Shown: one piece after another, positions 1 to 9,931 of the stretch | Numbering within the stretch: the first letter of the stretch is position 1 | Layout: each line of letters starts with the position of its first letter | Assembly: GCA_049510745.1 (NCBI GenBank) | Contig: JBEKYR010000018.1 | Location: forward strand, 27,584-91,583 | Direction: 5' to 3' | Length of the DNA: 64,000 bases | DNA from: Verrucomicrobiota bacterium | GTDB taxonomy: Bacteria; Verrucomicrobiota; Verrucomicrobiia; Limisphaerales; Palsa-1400 | Translations under genes and position numbers: made by a program | Notes under the pieces: model-generated | What the model was told of the DNA's origin: nothing | Seen by the model: the letters and a program-made list of their open reading frames with translations, nothing else | Databases searched by the model: none

Positions 1-735
1 GCGGTAGTTCTCCAGCGCTTGTCGCGGCTGATTCAGGTATTGCTGCTCCACAATGGCCAGGTTGAGCAACGCGGGCCAAAAGTGCGGATCTCGCTCCAAC
101 GCCAGTTGGAAATCCCGCGCGGCGGTTTTGATCGAATCCGCGTTGGGATACCGCCGTTGCAGTTCGATCACTCCCAAGGCGTTGGGGCCTTGCGCCGACA
201 CGCCCACCCTTTCGGCCATCTCATAATCGTGCCGGGCGGCCTCCATCAGCACGTTGTGCTGCATCCCGCCCCGTTCCAGGGCCAGGTGATAGTGCGCCGC
301 GCCCAATCGCAGGTAGCCGTTGACGTCCCGGGCGCGCAGCGCGACATACGTGGTCAGGTAATCAATCGCCCCAGGAAGATTGCCCTGGTCCATGCGCAGG
401 CAGCCCAGATTGTAATCGGCGGCCACGTTGTTGCGGTCCAGCTTGAGCGCCCGCGCATAAGCCTCCGAAGCGGCGTCGAATTGTTTTGCGCCGTGATGCG
501 CCAGACCGAGAAGGTTCCAAACCTTCGATTGCTGCGGGCCGGGCGCGGCCGTCAGTATTTGCGCCGCCTCTTTCAGCGGGCCAAGCGCGTCGGCAAACTG
601 GCCCGCCTGCACCAATTGCTCCCCTTGCCGCGCTTCCTTCTCGCCGGGCGGGCCGCAACCCGTCAAAAGTGTCCCGGCGGCGGCGATGACGCCGAGGGTG
701 CCGATGGCCCTCAACCTTTTTTTTGTCGTCATCAT
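1..735 (-). CDS. TPR-repeat lipoprotein (3' end runs off the window)
   Basis: Manual translation of the minus strand from ATG at 735: MMTTKKRLRAIGTLGVIAAAGTLLTGC (lipobox LTGC), then TPR-like helices (WNLLGLAHH...YARALKLD...YNLG). The + ORF 19..750 is its shadow. Confidence 0.8.
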   Translation of the reverse strand, partial: MMTTKKRLRAIGTLGVIAAAGTLLTGCGPPGEKEARQGEQLVQAGQFADALGPLKEAAQILTAAPGPQQSKVWNLLGLAHHGAKQFDAASEAYARALKLDRNNVAADYNLGCLRMDQGNLPGAIDYLTTYVALRARDVNGYLRLGAAHYHLALERGGMQHNVLMEAARHDYEMAERVGVSAQGPNALGVIELQRRYPNADSIKTAARDFQLALERDPHFWPALLNLAIVEQQYLNQPRQALENYR

Positions 736-765
736 TGTCGAGGGTGGTAGCATCCGCCGCTGACG

Positions 766-1836
766 GTGTCAAGCGACGGTCATTTTGGTTTTCGGGCCAA
801 CCTCCTTCTTTGTGGCGTCTTCGCCCTCGGGGTGGGCGCCGCCGTTCTTTGCCCCGCGCAGGATGTCCCGCCCGGCGGACCGCCGGCCCGCGCCCGCGTC
901 GTCACGGTGGAAGACTCCCGCGCGACCGACGCCTTCGCGGCCCGGCCCCAGATCGTCCACGAGATGCTCCGGCGCGCGATTTTGAAGTTCACCGGCAAGA
1001 CCAACGTGGCCGCCGCCTGGCAATCGTTGCTTTCCCCCAAGGACGTCGTCGGCCTCAAGGTCTATTCCGAACCGGGGGCAAACAGCGGCACCCGCCCCGC
1101 CGTCGTCGAAGCCGTCTTGCAGGGTCTCCTGCAATCGGGCCTTCCGCCGACCAACATCATCATTTGGGACAAGCGCCTGGTCGATTTGCGCCTGGCCGGC
1201 TTCAACTCCCTGGCCGACCGCTACAACGTCCGCCTCGCCGGCAGCTTCAATTCCGGCTACGACGACAAGGTCTTCTACGACAACCCCGTCGTCGGCTCCC
1301 TGGTCGCGGGCGACCTGGAATTCGACCGCGATGGCGCGAAAACCGGCCGCAAATCCTACGTCAGCCAACTCCTCACCCGCACGCTCACCAAAATCATCAG
1401 CGTTGCGCCCCTGCTCAACCACAACGTTGCGGGCGTCTGCGGCCATCTTTACAGCGTCTCGATGGGGAGCATCGACAACACCATCCGCTTCGAAGCCGCC
1501 GCCGAACCCTTGGCCCGGGCCGTGCCGGAGGTCTATGCCCTGCCCGCCGTGGGCGACCACGTCGTCCTGTGCATCACCGACGCCCTGATTGGCCAATACC
1601 AGGGCGAACAACTGAGCCTCCTCCATTACTCCACCGAATTGAACCAGATATGGTTGAGCAAAGACCCGGTCGCCTCCGATGTCCTTGCCGTGCAGGAATT
1701 GGACCGGGAACGGCAGGCCCGCAACATCCTCTCGTTGGGCGGCAACGCCGCGCTCTTTCAAAACGCCGCCCTGCTCGAACTCGGCGTCGCCGACCCCGCC
1801 AAAATCCGCCTCGACCCCGTCCGCCCCACTCCATAG
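766..1836 (+). CDS. DUF362 domain-containing protein
   Basis: Signal-like N-terminus; 'DVVGLKV...TRPAVVEAV...NIIIWD' pattern typical of DUF362; host-like codon bias. Confidence 0.7.
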   Translation: MSSDGHFGFRANLLLCGVFALGVGAAVLCPAQDVPPGGPPARARVVTVEDSRATDAFAARPQIVHEMLRRAILKFTGKTNVAAAWQSLLSPKDVVGLKVYSEPGANSGTRPAVVEAVLQGLLQSGLPPTNIIIWDKRLVDLRLAGFNSLADRYNVRLAGSFNSGYDDKVFYDNPVVGSLVAGDLEFDRDGAKTGRKSYVSQLLTRTLTKIISVAPLLNHNVAGVCGHLYSVSMGSIDNTIRFEAAAEPLARAVPEVYALPAVGDHVVLCITDALIGQYQGEQLSLLHYSTELNQIWLSKDPVASDVLAVQELDRERQARNILSLGGNAALFQNAALLELGVADPAKIRLDPVRPTP

Positions 1837-1856
1837 CCGGAACCATGCAGTTACGT

Positions 1857-2007
1857 GGGGAGCGCGCGCGCCCTCGCGTGCCGTGGTTGGCGCCTCGCCA
1901 ACCACATCCTGCCTCTGAGATCCTTTTCACTTTCCGGTGAAGCAGGTCATGCCACGCCAACCAGCGAGGGCGCCGGTTGGATGTACGCGATAGCGCGTGC
2001 CCTCCCC
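1857..2007. repeat. REP-like palindromic element
   Basis: Imperfect inverted arms ggggagcgcgcgcgccctcgcgtgc ... gtacgcgatagcgcgtgccctcccc, with an internal hairpin gtggttggcg/cgccaaccac. Confidence 0.55.
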
Positions 2008-2136
2008 AATCCTTCTGCATCGTTCCAGCTTGGGGCTTGGGGACAAATGAATGAGTTTGGACTGGCCACTTGGCCTGTTTTCTGCATTAATCAGCGATGT
2101 CACGCTTTTCGAGCAATTGCGGCAGCAGTCTGCACC

Positions 2137-2343
2137 ATGAAAAAGCGAACCGATTTATCTCTGACGCAAAAGGCGATGCGGGCCCTGGCTGACGCCGTGG
2201 CCAAAGTCGTCGCCGACCATCAGCAGCACGGTCGTCCGCTCGCCGTCTGGCGGAATGGCGAAGCCGTCTGGATGTCTGTGGAAACCCCCGCCGCCCTGCG
2301 TGAAACGCCGGCGCCCTACCGAACCAGGGAGTTAAAGGGCTGA
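2137..2343 (+). CDS. small hypothetical protein (orphan antitoxin-like)
   Basis: 68 aa MKKRTDLSLTQKAMRALADAVAKVVADHQQHGRPLAVWRNGEAVW...LRETPAPY; resembles small proteins usually found downstream of zeta-toxin-like ATPases. Confidence 0.55.
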   Translation: MKKRTDLSLTQKAMRALADAVAKVVADHQQHGRPLAVWRNGEAVWMSVETPAALRETPAPYRTRELKG

Positions 2344-2523
2344 AGGCCAAATGCTAAATGCTAAAAACATAATAATGAAAAGGATGCGTCTGAAAACGAC
2401 TTTAGCCCCGAGCCTTCAGCCTTTAGCCTTTTCTGCTTGCGGCGCAGACCATTATCGCAACGCCGTGAACCAACTGCAATCGTTGCTGTATGCGGCATGA
2501 CGATTGAGCCCGAGAACTGAGAC

Positions 2524-5058
2524 ATGCCAATCCACCCGGACGCAGTTGGCTATTTGAACGACTTGGCCAAGGAGGTCAACGAACCTTGGTTTAAGATGGT
2601 CTGTGACCTTGCGGCTGTGAGCGGCGTGTCAATCTTGGACCGGCTGATGCTCGAAACACTCTTTGCCCTATATATCAGAAGGGCGAGCTACATTGGCATC
2701 AAGCCTGCCGCCGCCGTGCCTGCTGCGGCTGCCGCCGCCGCTCCAGCGGACTTTCTCGAGCAGCTTTCGGGCTTCACGAATTTCAAGCTCCTTGGGGACA
2801 CACTCGAAATTAGTTTCAAGAAACGAATCACCCTAATTTTTGGAGCGAACAGCAGCGGCAAATCCAGCCTTTGCGAATCGCTGAAGGTTCTCGCGACTCC
2901 TGAGCCACCGAACCGGCCACTCCAGAATGTCCGAGCGGCAGGCGCAGCGACGCCGACGTTCTGTTACAAGTTCAAAAGCGATGCAGCGCAGCAGGCGTGG
3001 ACGCCTGCCGTTGGCTACGGTCCGAGGCGAACGACGGTCAAATACTTCGACACCGCGATTGCGACTAGGAACGTGAAGAACGCGGTTGAACCAGGGCGAG
3101 TCATTGTCCTGACCCCATTCAGACTTCACGTCTTCGAGTGGGCAAAGTCACTGACAACGAAATTCCGCGAGGCGCTCCAACGGGCGCAACGGGACAACTC
3201 GGTAAAGCTGACCCAAGCGTTGGATGCAATTCGCACGGACTTCGCTAAGTTCAACGGCCGCCCTTTGTCAGTCATCGACGACATAACGGTCGCTGTGCTT
3301 CCGGCCCAAATCAAACTCGGCGAGGGGTTCACAGACCAAAAGCTGCTGAGTCAAAAGCAGGCTGCTGCAGCCGAGATGGAGAAGGCAGCGTCTGAAGAAG
3401 GCCTGAAGCTGCTCAGAGCAGAGCATCGTGAGTTGGAAACCTTTCTGACTTCCCTCAGCACGCTACTTACTTCAGCGGCCGGGCTGTGGGCGCTTGAACC
3501 CGCGAGCAAAGAGAAACTTCTCGCCAAGAAACAAACAGAGCAGGAACTGCTGGCAAAGGCGCTCATCCCGATAGACGGGACGCTCGACGGCTTGCTAGAT
3601 CTGCTGCGCGCCGCGTCGCCACTGTGCAAAATGGACGAGGCAGCGGGTCGTGCGTGCCCGCTCTGCAAACGCGACTTGGGCGTTCCAGAGGTTGAGTTGT
3701 TCAAGCAGTATCACGACCTGCTCGCCGGCGAGCTGGAGAAGGACATTGCGGCCCTCAAGGGCGACATCGCCAAGGCTCTTGAGATCGCAACCGCTGTCGT
3801 CAACGTGGACCGGGAGGCGTGGGAAAAATTCCCAACCATCCAAGGGGAAGTCCTGACAGCCGCAAAGGCTGGCTCAGACCTCATTGTTGCCAGTTGCGAC
3901 GTATCCAAAGAGCCGACGACTGAGGCAAAAGCCGCGCTTGAATCGCTCAAAATTTCGGCGGCGGCATGGGCAGGACAACTGGAGTCGAAGAAGAATGCCA
4001 TCGAGGCAGCCGCCAAAGGGAGACAGGAGTTGGTCAAGCAGTTGGCGAAGCTGCGCGGTGAAATCGAGCCGCGGGAGTATGCGCAAGCCATCGCCGAGAA
4101 CTTGGAAAAGCTGAGAGAGGCGCACCGGATGGCGGATGAGTCAAAATTTTGGAGCGCCAAGCTTCCCGCGTTTACACAGGTGCTGAAAAGGATAACGGAG
4201 AAAGCAAAGGACGCTCACGAGGAGTTGGTTGTAATGGACTTTGAGGCACGGTTGGACACGGAATACAAAGCTCTTGCAGAAAAAAATATGGCGGCATTTG
4301 GTGTGATGCTCGCCCGGAAGGGGACTGATGCCGCTGTGACGGTATTGCCGCAGATAGGCGGCAAGGACATCGAAGGCGTGTTGAGCGAAGGGGAGCAGCG
4401 CGTTCACGCCCTCGCGCTGTTCTTCGCCGAACTGGAAACGTGCCCGCAATCGGTCTTGGTGTTCGACGACCCCGTCTCCAGCTTCGACTATAACTACATC
4501 GCGAACTACTGCGCCAGATTACGAGACTTCACGCTGAAGCATCCGGTCTGGCAGATTATTGTCCTGACCCACAACTGGGAGTTTTTTGTCCAGCTTCAAA
4601 CGACACTGAACCAAGCCGGTCTTGACCCGCATCTGTCAGTCCAAATCCTTGAGAACTGTGCGGTCGTCGCAGATTACAGCGAGAAGATTGACGACTTGAA
4701 GAAGAACATCGAAGCCGTGCTCGCAGCGGCGGGTGAGCCATCGAAAGCAAAGAAGGAGGAGACTGCCGGAAAGATGCGGCGACTGATTGAGGCGGTGGTG
4801 AACACGCACGTCTTCAATCACCAGCGGCATCAATACAAGCAGAAGAGCCAAGAAATCACGGCGTTTCAAAGCTTCACCAAGATTGTCGCTCTGCTCCCAG
4901 CGGAAGCGACCACACTGCGCGAGCTGTACGCGAAGTTGAGCCCTGTTGAACACGATGATCCCCGAAACTTCTACGTCAATACTGACAAAGCGATGTTCCA
5001 GACTCGTTACGACCAGATTGTTGCGGTCGAAACTGCAATCAAGGCTCGAATCCCTTAG
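2524..5058 (+). CDS. SMC/Rad50-type ABC ATPase with Zn-hook, RloC-like (putative anti-phage)
   Basis: Walker A GANSSGKS; coiled coil with central CPLC; signature LSEGEQR; Walker B/D-loop VFDDPVSSFD; H-loop LTHN; C-terminal helical domain with 'KMRRLIE...H'. Confidence 0.8.
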   Translation: MPIHPDAVGYLNDLAKEVNEPWFKMVCDLAAVSGVSILDRLMLETLFALYIRRASYIGIKPAAAVPAAAAAAAPADFLEQLSGFTNFKLLGDTLEISFKKRITLIFGANSSGKSSLCESLKVLATPEPPNRPLQNVRAAGAATPTFCYKFKSDAAQQAWTPAVGYGPRRTTVKYFDTAIATRNVKNAVEPGRVIVLTPFRLHVFEWAKSLTTKFREALQRAQRDNSVKLTQALDAIRTDFAKFNGRPLSVIDDITVAVLPAQIKLGEGFTDQKLLSQKQAAAAEMEKAASEEGLKLLRAEHRELETFLTSLSTLLTSAAGLWALEPASKEKLLAKKQTEQELLAKALIPIDGTLDGLLDLLRAASPLCKMDEAAGRACPLCKRDLGVPEVELFKQYHDLLAGELEKDIAALKGDIAKALEIATAVVNVDREAWEKFPTIQGEVLTAAKAGSDLIVASCDVSKEPTTEAKAALESLKISAAAWAGQLESKKNAIEAAAKGRQELVKQLAKLRGEIEPREYAQAIAENLEKLREAHRMADESKFWSAKLPAFTQVLKRITEKAKDAHEELVVMDFEARLDTEYKALAEKNMAAFGVMLARKGTDAAVTVLPQIGGKDIEGVLSEGEQRVHALALFFAELETCPQSVLVFDDPVSSFDYNYIANYCARLRDFTLKHPVWQIIVLTHNWEFFVQLQTTLNQAGLDPHLSVQILENCAVVADYSEKIDDLKKNIEAVLAAAGEPSKAKKEETAGKMRRLIEAVVNTHVFNHQRHQYKQKSQEITAFQSFTKIVALLPAEATTLRELYAKLSPVEHDDPRNFYVNTDKAMFQTRYDQIVAVETAIKARIP

Positions 5059-5414
5059 TAATTTCCAAAGTTCTTGCCGATGCCCAAATCCATTACCCAC
5101 CCCACCACCGCTCAATCCTTTGGCACCCTCCTGAAATCCGCGCGAGACACCGAAACAAATGCTGAAGGCGAAATGCCAAAGGCTGAAACACGATGAGCCA
5201 AAAGCCGCAGGATTTGAAGCCGGGAGCCAAAGCTGGGCGCGGGACAAAACTCTTCGTCTTGTGCCGATCAGGAAATGAAGCGGTCCCGCTGCGTGAAAAC
5301 GCTCCGAGTGGGAATACTCGCGCAGAGGCGCAAAGGGCGCAGAGAGGGAGGAAGAAAACAGTTTTTCTCTGCAATGCAATATGCACGAATCATTCATTTT
5401 CGGAAAGATTTCTG

Positions 5415-5487
5415 ACCACGGATTTCACGGATTTCACGGATGGGAAACCCACCGCTTCTTATCCGTGAAATCCGTGAAATCCGTGGT
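5415..5487. repeat. perfect 27-bp inverted repeat built from 9-bp units (REP-like)
   Basis: accacggatttcacggatttcacggat (5415-5441) and its exact reverse complement (5461-5487); nested inside an outer imperfect IR (5317-5344 / 5515-5532). Confidence 0.85.
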
Positions 5488-5623
5488 TGCATTCGTTTGG
5501 TTGCGGCTTGCCGCGCTGCGTCTTTGCGTGAGAAAAGCCTGGTTTCCTCTGTTTGGTACCCTCGCTCAACACTCGGTCCCCAGCACTCCCATCGGACATA
5601 TTATGAGCGGTCTCCCCCGCCAC

Positions 5624-5911
5624 TTACCCGCCTGGTTTGACCAGCCGGAGGGCGTCCCCGACGCGGATGCGGCCCGGACGGAGGACTTCCGCCAGCACAC
5701 CCTGGCGGCCGTTGCCCATGAGCGCCCGCAAGCCGGGGGCGACGCGGTCCATTTTGTCGCACGGCGTCCGGGCCTCGTAGAAGAGCAGCAGGCCGTGGCG
5801 AGGAGCGCCGCCGCCATCAATGATGATTTCTTCGTAATGCTTGTCCTGTTGTTGCGGAAACAAAAGCCGGCTGCCAACACGGCCCGGCCCGTTGTCGCTT
5901 TTGTCTCCCAT
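5624..5911 (-). pseudogene. MOSC-domain protein C-terminal fragment
   Basis: 'EARTPCDKMDRVAPGLRALMGNGRQGVLAEVLRPGRIRVGD' matches the MOSC C-terminus; the N-terminal part of the domain is absent. Confidence 0.55.
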
Positions 5912-6609
5912 TCACCTCAATAGACCACCCCTCTGTTAAGGCATGATTTGCAAAACACGTGAAAATTGTTAAGCCAGTGTTAATTCTGACTCACTGGTTC
6001 CTTTGCTCACTCATTCGCTTCCAACTTTCACAACGAAAACAACTTGCAAATTGCGTCGCTTAAAAAGGGCTTTCTTTGGCGGAAAAAACGCGCTGGCGCG
6101 GACGATATGCTACACCTTTTTTTGCAGTTTGTCGGTTCTTTGGGATTCTGTCCGTTGCCACTCCTGTCTATCCTCTTGTCCGCCATAGCCCTGCGACGGC
6201 GGATGCCTTCTTTCGCGGCCGGAAAATATTTTTGCATTTTTCCTTCCGTAGGTTTTTCGTCTTGATAGACCTGTGCTTAAATCGGGCCAGCGTGAATGAC
6301 ACATGCAAAAGGCAGAGTGCTCAGTGCGGCCCGGTCAACACCGGCCCGTGGATCGGAGACCTCTCCCATCGGATCTGCCATTCGTCCCATTCGTCGCCTT
6401 GCTCCCATTGGCTCCTCGATCAAGCCAGTCAAACCTTGGTCGTTCGCCCCCATCGGCAACATTTGCCGTCATTTGCAGGTGAAAAACTTGACGCAAAAAC
6501 TCAATCCTGCGCCGGTTCAAACGCAGACGCCATGCACCGCCAGCATCGGAAACGACCCCTAGAGGTGGCAAAAAATGCCGGATTCAACCCGGAAAACGAA
6601 TCCAAGAAC

Positions 6610-6669
6610 CCGGACAAATCCGGAAATATCCGGCCAAATCCGGCTAAATCCGGGTAAAACCGGCCAAAA
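6610..6669. repeat. tandem 10-bp repeat x6 (ccggNNaaat)
   Basis: ccggacaaat ccggaaatat ccggccaaat ccggctaaat ccgggtaaaa ccggccaaaa. Confidence 0.8.
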
Positions 6670-6919
6670 AATGAAATTTCAAAAAATACCGGATCAGCCA
6701 ACTGCCAACGGTGACGAAAAACCTCACAAGTGCCACTGCTGTCAGAGGGATCAAGCCCTCTTCAATTACCAATTTTCAATGGCGTTCCAGAGATCCCAGT
6801 CAAGGCCAGTCAAGCCCAGCGGACGCCCGCCATCAGGTCTCCTGTGCGGACTTCCTCCTTCTTCCTTCTTCCTTCTTCCTTTCCTTGCGAAGCCCGGTCG
6901 GCAATGCCGTCAAGCATTG

Positions 6920-7792
6920 TCAAAACAAATCTTCCGGATGATCCCTGAGCCATTCTGTCAGTCCCGGCAGGACGAACGAGAGCAACGGCTGAATTTTGGC
7001 GCAGTTCAAGGACACGTCCGCCGGACGGGCTTCGCCGCTGAATTCCCGCAACGAGCAGCTTTCGATGCGCGCCTCCAATTCGGGATGGCGGGCGGCAACC
7101 AATTGGCCGATTTGCGCGCGCGACAATCGTTCCGCCCCCGCCAGATGATACAGGCCCGGCCGCCGGCGCGCGGCCAACTCCCATACCGCCCGCGCCGTGA
7201 CGGCGGCGGGTATCGGACAGCGAAACTCGTCCAGAAACAGTTTGACGGTTTTTCCCTTCCGCCAACTCTGGCGCATTTGCTCGTTGTAGGCGCTGTTCCC
7301 CTTGGGCGTCGCCCCGCTGTTGAGCGAGGTGCGCACCACCGTGTGGCGGGGGTTCCGCAAGACGATTTCCTCCGCCGCCGCTTTTGTCTCACCATAAACG
7401 CTCAGAGGGTTGACGGCATCGCTCTCGGAGTAGTTTCCCCTCCGTCCGTCGAAAACAAGGTCCGAGGAGAAAAAGATGAAATCGGCCTCCCGCGCCAGGG
7501 CGGCGAGATGGGCCGTCGCCTCGACGTTGATCTTCCTGGCCAGCGCGGGATCGGCCCGGCAATCGGGACTTCTTGACAGGGCGGCGCAATGAAAAATCAG
7601 GCGCGGCGCGTCCGCGCGAAAGCGCCGCTCGACCGCGGAGAAGTCTGTCAAGTCTAAATCGGAACGGGCCGGCGCCGTGATCTCAAACTGCGGCGCGTGT
7701 TCGCCGGCGGCGCGGGCGAGGTAACTCCCGATCAAGCCCCCCGCCCCGGTTATCCAGGCGCGCCCCTCCGCTTCTGTTGGGCCGCGGCTCAA
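6920..7792 (-). CDS. dTDP-4-dehydrorhamnose reductase-like SDR (RmlD family)
   Basis: ITGAGGLIG Rossmann motif, SSDLVFDG, YGETK (YxxxK); probable TTG start overlapping the upstream stop. Confidence 0.8.
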   Translation of the reverse strand: MSRGPTEAEGRAWITGAGGLIGSYLARAAGEHAPQFEITAPARSDLDLTDFSAVERRFRADAPRLIFHCAALSRSPDCRADPALARKINVEATAHLAALAREADFIFFSSDLVFDGRRGNYSESDAVNPLSVYGETKAAAEEIVLRNPRHTVVRTSLNSGATPKGNSAYNEQMRQSWRKGKTVKLFLDEFRCPIPAAVTARAVWELAARRRPGLYHLAGAERLSRAQIGQLVAARHPELEARIESCSLREFSGEARPADVSLNCAKIQPLLSFVLPGLTEWLRDHPEDLF

Positions 7793-8697
7793 TCGATCAG
7801 GCGCCTGCTCAAGTCGCCGTAAGCGTCGATCCGCCGGTCGCGCAGGAACGGCCACTGCGTGCGCGTCAGATCGACCTCCCCCAAATCCACCGGCACCACC
7901 AGCGTTTCCTCCTGGTCAACGCTGGCCCTGGCCAGGACCCGGCCCGATGGCCCCGCGACAAAGCTCTGCCCCCAGAATTCGATGCCGTCGCCTCCCGCCG
8001 GCTTCTCCAGTCCGATGCGATTGACCGCCGCCACGAAGCAGCCGTTGGCCACGGCGTGGCTGCGCTGGATCGTTTCCCAGGCGGCGTGCTGCTCGGCGCC
8101 GTGTTCGGCCTTTTCACTCGGATGCCAGCCGATGGCCGTCGGATAAAACAAAATCTCCGCCCCCTGCAGCGCCGTCAGCCGGGCCGCTTCCGGGTACCAC
8201 TGGTCCCAGCAAATGCAGACCCCGATTTTCCCGTAAGGGGTCGGCCAGGCGCGAAAGCCCAGGTCGCCCGGCGTAAAGTAGAACTTTTCGTGAAACAGCG
8301 GATCGTCCGGAACGTGCATCTTCCGGTAGCGGCCCAGCAACCGGCCGTCGGGGCCGAGGATGGCGGCCGTGTTGTGATAGACGCCGGCGGCCCGCTTCTC
8401 AAAGAGCGAGGCGATGATGACCGCCCGGTGGCGCCGCGCCAGTTTGCCCAGCGCCTCGGTGCCGGGTCCCGGGATGCTTTCGGCCAGTTTGAAACAGTCG
8501 TGGTTTTCGCTTTGGCAAAAGTATTGCGAACGGAACAGTTCCTGCGTGCAGATGAGGCGCGCCCCCCGCCCCGCCGCCTCCGCGATCAGCCCGGCGGTGC
8601 GCGCGAAATTCTCCGCCGGATCCGCCGCACAGCGCGTTTGAATCAATCCAAGGACGACCCGCGCGCTCTGGCTTCTGCTGGTATGCTTCGTCTTCAA
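7789..8697 (-). CDS. aguB: carbon-nitrogen hydrolase, N-carbamoylputrescine amidase-like
   Basis: QELF, YRKMHVPDDP, ICWDQWYPE (E-K-C triad), YPTAIGW. Confidence 0.8.
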   Translation of the reverse strand: MKTKHTSRSQSARVVLGLIQTRCAADPAENFARTAGLIAEAAGRGARLICTQELFRSQYFCQSENHDCFKLAESIPGPGTEALGKLARRHRAVIIASLFEKRAAGVYHNTAAILGPDGRLLGRYRKMHVPDDPLFHEKFYFTPGDLGFRAWPTPYGKIGVCICWDQWYPEAARLTALQGAEILFYPTAIGWHPSEKAEHGAEQHAAWETIQRSHAVANGCFVAAVNRIGLEKPAGGDGIEFWGQSFVAGPSGRVLARASVDQEETLVVPVDLGEVDLTRTQWPFLRDRRIDAYGDLSRRLID

Positions 8698-8734
8698 ATT
8701 CTGGCCGGGCCGCCCGCCAACGCGGGCGGGCTTG

Positions 8735-9742
8735 TCAGGTCGAGCGCAACGCCGGCGCCGTGGGCGGCTCGATCACCGTGGTGTGGCCGCGGTCTTCGGA
8801 GTTGGGGAATTTCTGGCCGAACAACTCTTGGATGAATTTGCCCAGCGTCTCGTTGGTCGGCCCGTAGCCCTTGTGGTAAATGTAATACTCCAGGTCGTAG
8901 AGCAATTCATCGGCGTTGGCGTAGCGCTTCTGCAGATCGCGCGCCAGGGTGCGGTGCAGGATTTCGTTGAGCCGCTCGTCGATGCGCGCATTGAGCTGCG
9001 AGAAGTTGGGCAGGGGCAGCGTCATGATGCGCTCGCGCGATTCCTCCACGCTCGATCCTTTGAAAATATTGTAGCCCAGCAGCAGGTTCCCCAACACCAC
9101 GCCCGTGGAAAAGATATCCGACCGCTTGTCCGTGATTTGAAAATCGGCCTGCTCGGGACTCATGTAATCGGCCTTCCCCGCCACCACTTCCCCTTCATTG
9201 TCCTGCAAAAACCCCCGCGCCTTGGCGATGCCGAAATCGGTCAGTTTCACGTCGCCGGCAAACGCGATCATGATGTTCTTGAAGCTGACATCGCGATGGA
9301 CGATGCCCAGCGTCTTGCCGGCGTCGTCGGTCTTGGCATGGGCGTAGGCCAGGCCGCGCGCCACCCGGCTGGTGATAAAGACGGCCAGTTCGGCGGGCAA
9401 CACCCGCTGCCTCTCGTGCAACTGCTGGGCGAATTGCTCCAGGTTGACCCCGTGGATCAATTCCATGCAGATGAAATAAAGACCGCGCGCCTCCCCCAGG
9501 TGATAGGTCTGCACGATATTGGTGTGGATCAAGTCGGCCACCAGCTTGGCTTCGCCGATGAAATTCTCGATGAACTGCTTCTGGTTGGCGTAGTTCTGGC
9601 GGATGACTTTCATGGCCACCCGCTTGACGAAGTTGCGCGCCCCCTGCTGCTCCGCCTCGTACACGATGCCCATTCCGCCCTCGAAAATCTTGCGCACGAT
9701 TTCGTAGCGGAATTCACTCTGTATGGTAAACAGGCCTGCCAC
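8735..9742 (-). CDS. Hanks-type Ser/Thr protein kinase
   Basis: GGMGIVY, VAMK, HRDVSFKN, DFG, YMSPE; probable GTG start at 9742. Confidence 0.9.
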   Translation of the reverse strand: MAGLFTIQSEFRYEIVRKIFEGGMGIVYEAEQQGARNFVKRVAMKVIRQNYANQKQFIENFIGEAKLVADLIHTNIVQTYHLGEARGLYFICMELIHGVNLEQFAQQLHERQRVLPAELAVFITSRVARGLAYAHAKTDDAGKTLGIVHRDVSFKNIMIAFAGDVKLTDFGIAKARGFLQDNEGEVVAGKADYMSPEQADFQITDKRSDIFSTGVVLGNLLLGYNIFKGSSVEESRERIMTLPLPNFSQLNARIDERLNEILHRTLARDLQKRYANADELLYDLEYYIYHKGYGPTNETLGKFIQELFGQKFPNSEDRGHTTVIEPPTAPALRST

Positions 9743-9931
9743 GCCGACGATGTTGTTCAATTGCGCGCCCAAGTCAAGCCTCCGCTGAGCAATCTTGAAA
9801 AAAACAAGGGAATTTTTTGCCCAAAAACGCCATTTTATCCTTGCAGGGCGTGCCCAAAGCGTTTTAATAGCACGCGAAGTCGAAAGCGTTATCGACTTCA
9901 ACGAGTAAACCCGATATAGACACACACACAT

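Noticed and set aside
19..750. 243-aa + strand ORF
   Set aside because: Antisense shadow of the minus-strand TPR lipoprotein. The same applies to other long shadow ORFs such as 24277..26238, 45956..47647, 56098..57624 and 60198..61796.
6575..7576. 333-aa + strand ORF spanning the repeat mosaic
   Set aside because: Low-complexity translation of the repeats plus antisense of the RmlD-like gene
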